Source of the DNA: Deltaproteobacteria bacterium
GTDB lineage: Bacteria; Desulfobacterota; Syntrophia; Syntrophales; UBA2210
NCBI GenBank assembly: GCA_019313905.1
Contig: JAFDAI010000001.1
Coordinates: 20,275 to 84,274, forward strand
DNA: 64,000 bases
Direction: 5' to 3'
Shown here piece by piece: positions 59,747-64,000 of the stretch (the first letter of the stretch is position 1; each line of letters starts with the position of its first letter). The notes beneath the pieces are model-generated. The model was not told where the DNA came from, searched no databases, and saw nothing but the letters and a program-made list of their open reading frames with translations. A program made the position numbers and the translations under genes.

Positions 59747-59822
59747 TGGAGCCCACGACCAGGATTGAACTGGTGACCTCATCCTTACCAAGGATGTGCT
59801 CTACCGACTGAGCTACGTGGGC
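59747..59822 (-). tRNA. tRNA-Thr (anticodon GGT)
   Basis: Acceptor stem GCCCACG/CGTGGGC, anticodon arm CATCC-TTGGTAA-GGATG, T-loop AGTTCAATCCT, encoded CCA. Confidence 0.9.
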
Positions 59823-59864
59823 CAACAAAAACTCCTCTTCCACACCCTGATAAATCAAAAAAAA

Positions 59865-59940
59865 TGGAGCGGGAAACGGGATTCGAACCCGCGACCCTCA
59901 GCTTGGAAGGCTGACGCTCTAGCCACTGAGCTACTCCCGC
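59865..59940 (-). tRNA. tRNA-Gly (anticodon TCC)
   Basis: Acceptor stem GCGGGAG/TTCCCGC, anticodon arm TCAGC-CTTCCAA-GCTGA, T-loop GGTTCGAATCC, encoded CCA. Confidence 0.9.
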
Positions 59941-59968
59941 CACCTGTAAACTAAATTTCACAAAAATA

Positions 59969-60053
59969 TGGTGGAGGGGGGAGGATTTGAACCTCCGTAG
60001 GCTTCGCCGGCAGATTTACAGTCTGCTCCCTTTGACCACTCGGGAACCCCTCC
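59969..60053 (-). tRNA. tRNA-Tyr (anticodon GTA), long variable arm
   Basis: Acceptor stem GGAGGGG/CCCCTCC, anticodon arm GCAGA-CTGTAAA-TCTGC, class II variable arm, encoded CCA. Confidence 0.9.
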
Positions 60054-60071
60054 ACACCAATCATCAGTACC

Positions 60072-60147
60072 TGGAGCTGGCGATGGGACTCGAACCCGCG
60101 ACCTGCTGATTACAAATCAGCTGCTCTACCAATTGAGCTACGCCAGC
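60072..60147 (-). tRNA. tRNA-Thr (anticodon TGT)
   Basis: Acceptor stem GCTGGCG/CGCCAGC, anticodon arm GCTGA-TTTGTAA-TCAGC, T-loop GGTTCGAGTCC, encoded CCA. Confidence 0.9.
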
Positions 60148-60154
60148 AAGCTAA

Positions 60155-60182
60155 CTTATACATATTACAAAGCTTTTCCCAA
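60155..60182 (-). promoter_or_regulatory. Candidate promoter of the tRNA-rpmG-secE-nusG cluster
   Basis: Minus strand: TTGGGA (60182-60177), 16-nt spacer, TATAAG (60160-60155), 7 nt before the tRNA-Thr 5' end. A second TTGACA lies at 60254-60249. Confidence 0.35.
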
Positions 60183-60301
60183 CTCAAGCTAATCGCGTAT
60201 TTATCTCCTTGAACGGAAAAGGCGAAGGTTAAATCCAAAAGATGAATTTGTCAAGAGTTTTTTATCAAAAATCGTGATTTGAGCGATAAAATCATCAATA
60301 T

Positions 60302-60844
60302 TTAATCTTCACCAAAAACACTTGCGGAAAAAATAAATATTTTTGCGTCCTCATCCTTCCATGCATCCTGCGACAGGCCAGCCTTACCGCAGGTTTCCCT
60401 CAAAAATGTGGCCCTGTCCCAGCTATATTCCGTGGCAACCTGCGGCAGCAACAATCCAGAATGAAAACCCTTTACAATGTAGATTCCATGACGCCCTACT
60501 TCAATCTCACTGATATCCTCTACCTGCCTCAAGGGTGTCAGTACCGATATCTCTATATCCAGATCCTCGATCTCATCTTCCTTCACGGGATGAAACCGTG
60601 GATCTCTGAAAGCTGCCGCCTGCGCCATTTCTTCAACAGTTTTATACAGGGATTTTCTCCCCTCGATAAACCCTATACATCCTCTCAACCGGCCCTGTTT
60701 TTTGAGTGTAACAAAGGCACCCATTTTTTTTTCCAGGGTTTTTGACCCTGTTTCAAAACGAGGGACCTCTCCTCCGGCAAACCCGGCTTCGACACTCTTC
60801 CTCGCTATCCTAAGCAGCAGATCCTCGTCCTGTTTTGTCAGCAT
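60302..60844 (-). CDS. AMMECR1-domain protein (AmmeMemoRadiSam system protein A-like)
   Basis: 180 aa with GAFVTLKKQGRLRGCIG and ...DPRF...EIEVGRHGI, the AMMECR1 hallmarks. Confidence 0.85.
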   Translation of the reverse strand: MLTKQDEDLLLRIARKSVEAGFAGGEVPRFETGSKTLEKKMGAFVTLKKQGRLRGCIGFIEGRKSLYKTVEEMAQAAAFRDPRFHPVKEDEIEDLDIEISVLTPLRQVEDISEIEVGRHGIYIVKGFHSGLLLPQVATEYSWDRATFLRETCGKAGLSQDAWKDEDAKIFIFSASVFGED

Positions 60845-61805
60845 CCCCAGTGCCTTTCCGTCTTTTCATACTGTTTTCCGCATTTTCATAAAAGACAACG
60901 GCGGCGTATCCCACGACCCCGCTCCTATCTCCGGTGATATCACCGGAATTCATATACTCCAGCACCCTGACCCTGTCGGCCCCTGCTGCTCTGGCTGCCA
61001 TTATCGTCACGATCACAGCCCCGGCGCCACACGCCTCGCACCTGCCGCTTTCAAGTCCCAGCAGCAATCCCCCTATATCCATCTTTTCAATATAGCCGAG
61101 CGCTGCCAGATCCATCCCGACTGCCTTATCGTAATCATGGTAATGAGAAAAATCTGAACTGGCGACAACCAGTATTCTTTTATCTCCAACTGCTCTTATA
61201 ATCGCGTCGGTCAATCCCCTGCAGGTATCCATGTCTTGTGTCCCCATCAGTATGGGAACAAACGGAATATTCCCGAGAACCGTCTGCAGGAAGGGAATCT
61301 GTATCTCAATGGAATTTTCCGGTGAATGGTCATCCGGAACAAGTGATACCATGCCATTGCTGCAGGACGCTATCTCCCCGGCCAGAGATGTATCAACAGG
61401 CATAACACCCAACGGAGTCTCGTACCCCTCTCCATTATATATGGAAGCCCCTTTGAAATATGCCCTGTGACTTGGGCCTATTACAATCACTGCGTCAAAC
61501 TTACTTCCCTGCACTGTCTTGTAAGCACAGGCGGCAACCTGTCCCGAATATACGTACCCGGCATGAGGAGCAACAAGTCCTGCCACCTTTCCATCAATCT
61601 TTCCCCCATGCATACCGGCGAGGTATCTTTCGATATCAGACCTCAGTTGCGCCGGATCTCCCGGATACCACGTACCTGCAATAACCGGTTCCCTTATATT
61701 GTCCACTTCTCCCCCTTTCCCCTTTGCAAAAATAGAAAAGTTAAGGAAAACAACAAGGATTATACAAGATATTGTTTTGACAGGTTTATTTATTATCCCT
61801 GACAA
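60810..61805 (-). CDS. Memo-like protein (AmmeMemoRadiSam system protein B-like)
   Basis: REPVIAGTWYPGDPAQL, APHAGYVYSG and GPSH are Memo/MEMO1 family motifs. The N-terminal 27 aa look like a Sec signal peptide. GTG 61706, preceded by AAGGGG, is an alternative start that would remove it. Confidence 0.8.
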   Translation of the reverse strand: MSGIINKPVKTISCIILVVFLNFSIFAKGKGGEVDNIREPVIAGTWYPGDPAQLRSDIERYLAGMHGGKIDGKVAGLVAPHAGYVYSGQVAACAYKTVQGSKFDAVIVIGPSHRAYFKGASIYNGEGYETPLGVMPVDTSLAGEIASCSNGMVSLVPDDHSPENSIEIQIPFLQTVLGNIPFVPILMGTQDMDTCRGLTDAIIRAVGDKRILVVASSDFSHYHDYDKAVGMDLAALGYIEKMDIGGLLLGLESGRCEACGAGAVIVTIMAARAAGADRVRVLEYMNSGDITGDRSGVVGYAAVVFYENAENSMKRRKGTGDADKTGRGSAA

Positions 61806-61890
61806 TCATTTTCAAGCGCGAATATTTTATAAATGATTACCTCTGCTGTCAAGCCCAACTTGCGGCAACGGGAATAAAACACAAAAAATA

Positions 61891-61919
61891 TTGACTAACG
61901 TTCTGTGTCCATATAAAAT
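61891..61919 (+). promoter_or_regulatory. Candidate sigma70 promoter for gap-tpiA-secG
   Basis: TTGACT (61891-61896), 17-nt spacer, TAAAAT (61914-61919). Confidence 0.45.
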
Positions 61920-61972
61920 TCGCTCGGCCGGTTGGAAGAGAGCGGGTCCAAAAAAGTGATTGGAGGTTCATC

Positions 61973-62980
61973 ATGTGTGTCAAGGTCGCTATAAACGGTT
62001 TTGGAAGGATAGGCAGATTTCTCGTAAGGGCCTGCCTCGAAAGAGACGGCATTGAGATTGTCGCCATCAACACGAGAGCGAACACACAAACCCTTCTGCA
62101 TCTTCTGAAGTATGATTCCGTTCACGGTAAGATCAAAGCGGATGTTGCGGCAGATGGAGATTTTCTCATCGTTGGGGGCAAAAAGATAAAAGTGACAAAC
62201 GTAACCGGCGACATGGCAGCCCTTCCATGGAAGGCACTGGATATTGATATAGTCATGGAAGCTACAGGGAAAATCCGGACAAAGGAAGAAGCGGGCGGGC
62301 ACATCAGGGCCGGCGCGAAAAAAGTCATCCTTGCGGCACCCGGAAAGGGTATTGACGGCACATTTGTCATGGGCGTAAACGAAGAGACATACAATCCGGA
62401 AAAGCATGACGTCATATCCAACGCATCCTGCACGACCAACTGTCTCGCCCCTGTTGCCATGGTAATACAGGACAGCTTTTCCATTGTAAAAGGCCTCATG
62501 ACAACCATTCATTCATACACGATGGACCAGAGACTCCTCGACGGATCACACAAGGACCTGAGACGAGGCAGGGCCGCCGCCATGTCCATAGTTCCGACAT
62601 CCACGGGAGCGGCAAAGGCGGTAACCGAGGTAATTCCCTCCCTTCAAGGAAAACTCGACGGCCTGGCACTGAGGGTTCCGACACCGAATGTTTCCCTCGT
62701 AGACCTGACGGTAGAGGTGGAAAAAGCGGTGACTGCGGACGAGATAAACTCCGCCCTGAAATCCGCATCTGAGGGAGAACTCAAGGGAATTATGGCATTC
62801 TGCGAAGAAGAGCTGGTCTCCGTAGACTTTACCAGCGATTCCCATTCATCCATAGTTGACGCGCCCCTGACAAAGGTTATCGGCAAAAACCTTGTCAAGG
62901 TCTTTTCCTGGTATGATAATGAAAGCGGTTACGCATGCAGGATGAGAGACCTTGCCATCTATATCGGGAAGAAGTTATAG
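61973..62980 (+). CDS. gap: Type I glyceraldehyde-3-phosphate dehydrogenase
   Basis: VKVAINGFGRIGR and active site SNASCTTNCLAP. GGAGG lies 6 nt before the ATG. Confidence 0.97.
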   Translation: MCVKVAINGFGRIGRFLVRACLERDGIEIVAINTRANTQTLLHLLKYDSVHGKIKADVAADGDFLIVGGKKIKVTNVTGDMAALPWKALDIDIVMEATGKIRTKEEAGGHIRAGAKKVILAAPGKGIDGTFVMGVNEETYNPEKHDVISNASCTTNCLAPVAMVIQDSFSIVKGLMTTIHSYTMDQRLLDGSHKDLRRGRAAAMSIVPTSTGAAKAVTEVIPSLQGKLDGLALRVPTPNVSLVDLTVEVEKAVTADEINSALKSASEGELKGIMAFCEEELVSVDFTSDSHSSIVDAPLTKVIGKNLVKVFSWYDNESGYACRMRDLAIYIGKKL

Positions 62981-63002
62981 CCAAATCCGAAGGACAGGCA
63001 AT

Positions 63003-63761
63003 ATGATAAGACCCATTATAGCCGCAAACTGGAAGATGCACAAAACCATCCCCGAGGCGGTCTCATTCGCGAAACAGTTGAAAGAAGAATTTCCCGAACC
63101 CGGCAATGTGGACATAGTTATAGCGCCCCCTTTTACAGCATTGAGTTCTGTCATGGAAGTCCTGAAGGATTCCCCCATTCACATATCCGCTCAGAATATG
63201 CACTGGGGGGAAAAGGGCGCCTGCACAGGGGAAATTTCGGCCACCATGCTCGTTGACGCGGGTTGCGGATTCGTGATAATAGGCCATTCGGAACGGCGAA
63301 CCTTGTTCGGTGAGACCGGCGGGATGCTGAATAAAAAAATACACGCGGCCCTGAAATCGGGACTGACACCTATATTCTGCATGGGAGAAACCCTGGAAGA
63401 ACGAGAATCGGGGGCAACCTTCAGGATTATTCGAAAACAGATAAAAGAGGGATTGAATAATATAACTTCTGATGATATAAGGCGGGTTGCTCTCGCGTAT
63501 GAACCCATCTGGGCAATTGGTACGGGGAAAACGGCAACTCCCCTCCAGGCACAGGAAGCACACAGATTTATCAGGGAAACGATAGCTACCGATCTTGAGT
63601 ATGCGCATGCCTCGGAAACAGTAATCATTTACGGGGGCAGCGTTAATCCTGAGAACACGGGCAGTCTGATGGACCAGCCCGATATAAACGGAGCGCTTGT
63701 CGGAGGGGCAAGCCTGGATTTCGGGCCATTCGCGGACATCATAAAGATTTCAGAGAGATAA
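63003..63761 (+). CDS. tpiA: Triosephosphate isomerase
   Basis: [36 protein letters not shown]. The listed ORF starts 51 nt further upstream, inside gap. Confidence 0.96.
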   Translation: MIRPIIAANWKMHKTIPEAVSFAKQLKEEFPEPGNVDIVIAPPFTALSSVMEVLKDSPIHISAQNMHWGEKGACTGEISATMLVDAGCGFVIIGHSERRTLFGETGGMLNKKIHAALKSGLTPIFCMGETLEERESGATFRIIRKQIKEGLNNITSDDIRRVALAYEPIWAIGTGKTATPLQAQEAHRFIRETIATDLEYAHASETVIIYGGSVNPENTGSLMDQPDINGALVGGASLDFGPFADIIKISER

Positions 63762-63776
63762 GGAGACCAACAAAAA

Positions 63777-64000
63777 TTGCATGCAGCCATAGTGAGTTTT
63801 CACATCATAATATGTATAGCGATGATTTTAACCGTACTTTTACAAACCGGTAAGGGAGCGGACATGGGGGCGGCGTTCGGCGGCTCCAGCCAGACAGTCT
63901 TCGGAAGCAGCGGCCCGGGAACATTCCTCGGGAAGATGACCACTTTTATAGCAATATTCTTTATGCTGACATCCCTGTGGCTTGCCTACTCCTCGACGCA
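63777..64000 (+). CDS. secG: Preprotein translocase subunit SecG, 3' end outside window
   Basis: Manual translation from TTG 63777: (L)HAAIVSFHIIICIAMILTVLLQTGKGADMGAAFGGSSQTVFGSSGPGTFLGKMTT... It has the LLQxGKGADMG signature at the same offset as in E. coli SecG. The ORF stays open to the window end. Confidence 0.85.
   Translation, partial: MHAAIVSFHIIICIAMILTVLLQTGKGADMGAAFGGSSQTVFGSSGPGTFLGKMTTFIAIFFMLTSLWLAYSST

Noticed and set aside
59587-59811. 74-aa plus-strand ORF
   Set aside because: It overlaps rpmG in antisense and runs into tRNA-Thr.
61849-62512. Minus-strand ORFs 61849..62085 and 61895..62512
   Set aside because: They are antisense to the gap promoter and CDS, with no supporting signals.
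1-64000. Search for CRISPR arrays, IS elements or transposases, integrases, phage genes, toxin-antitoxin pairs, rRNA, tmRNA, RNase P and SRP RNA signatures
   Set aside because: I found no regularly spaced direct repeats, no transposase- or integrase-like translations and no terminal inverted repeats. None of the conserved core motifs I know for these RNAs appeared in any intergenic region. The only tandem repeat seen is the 16-nt duplication at rpmJ.

Overview
The window comes from a Gram-negative bacterium (it encodes LptD) that is probably anaerobic. Gene content resembles deltaproteobacterial or Syntrophia-type genomes, but I cannot verify taxonomy from the sequence alone.

The window has two parts.

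(1) nt 1-22,000 is a metabolic/accessory region. It holds:
- a 5'-truncated pyridine-nucleotide-disulfide oxidoreductase;
- an MFS transporter;
- a five-gene plus-strand operon: TAXI-TRAP solute receptor, DUF1850-like protein, fused TRAP permease, DapB-fold amine dehydrogenase-like protein and a long KamA-family radical-SAM aminomutase;
- a His-rich membrane protein;
- an M16C (PreP-like) metallopeptidase;
- a family-I CoA-transferase with subunit B encoded before subunit A;
- an orphan FabD-like malonyltransferase;
- a minus-strand acd-hbd-crt short-chain acyl-CoA operon;
- an MBL-fold hydrolase and greA.

(2) nt 22,800-61,800 is an almost uninterrupted minus-strand housekeeping block. Read in the direction of transcription it runs: tRNA-Thr, tRNA-Tyr, tRNA-Gly, tRNA-Thr, rpmG, tRNA-Trp, secE, nusG, rplKAJL, rpoBC, rpsLG, tuf, the S10, spc and alpha operons, a small EF-Tu-domain-II-like protein, folC, lptD, rplM-rpsI, argC and cysS. 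AMMECR1-like and Memo-like genes lie upstream of the tRNAs. gap-tpiA-secG on the plus strand closes the window.

I saw no CRISPR array, transposase, integrase, prophage gene or rRNA.

The candidates for new biology are modest and hypothesis-level:
- the TRAP/amine-dehydrogenase/atypical-aminomutase operon, a possible beta-amino-acid catabolic route that may feed the neighbouring CoA-transferase and beta-oxidation genes;
- a 67-codon orphan ORF with a good Shine-Dalgarno (SD) sequence inside the normally invariant rplX-rplE junction of the spc operon, next to an unusually long rplN-rplX spacer;
- a separately transcribed EF-Tu-domain-II-like mini-protein downstream of the alpha operon.

All calls rest on reading the supplied translations and DNA by eye. 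No database search was run.
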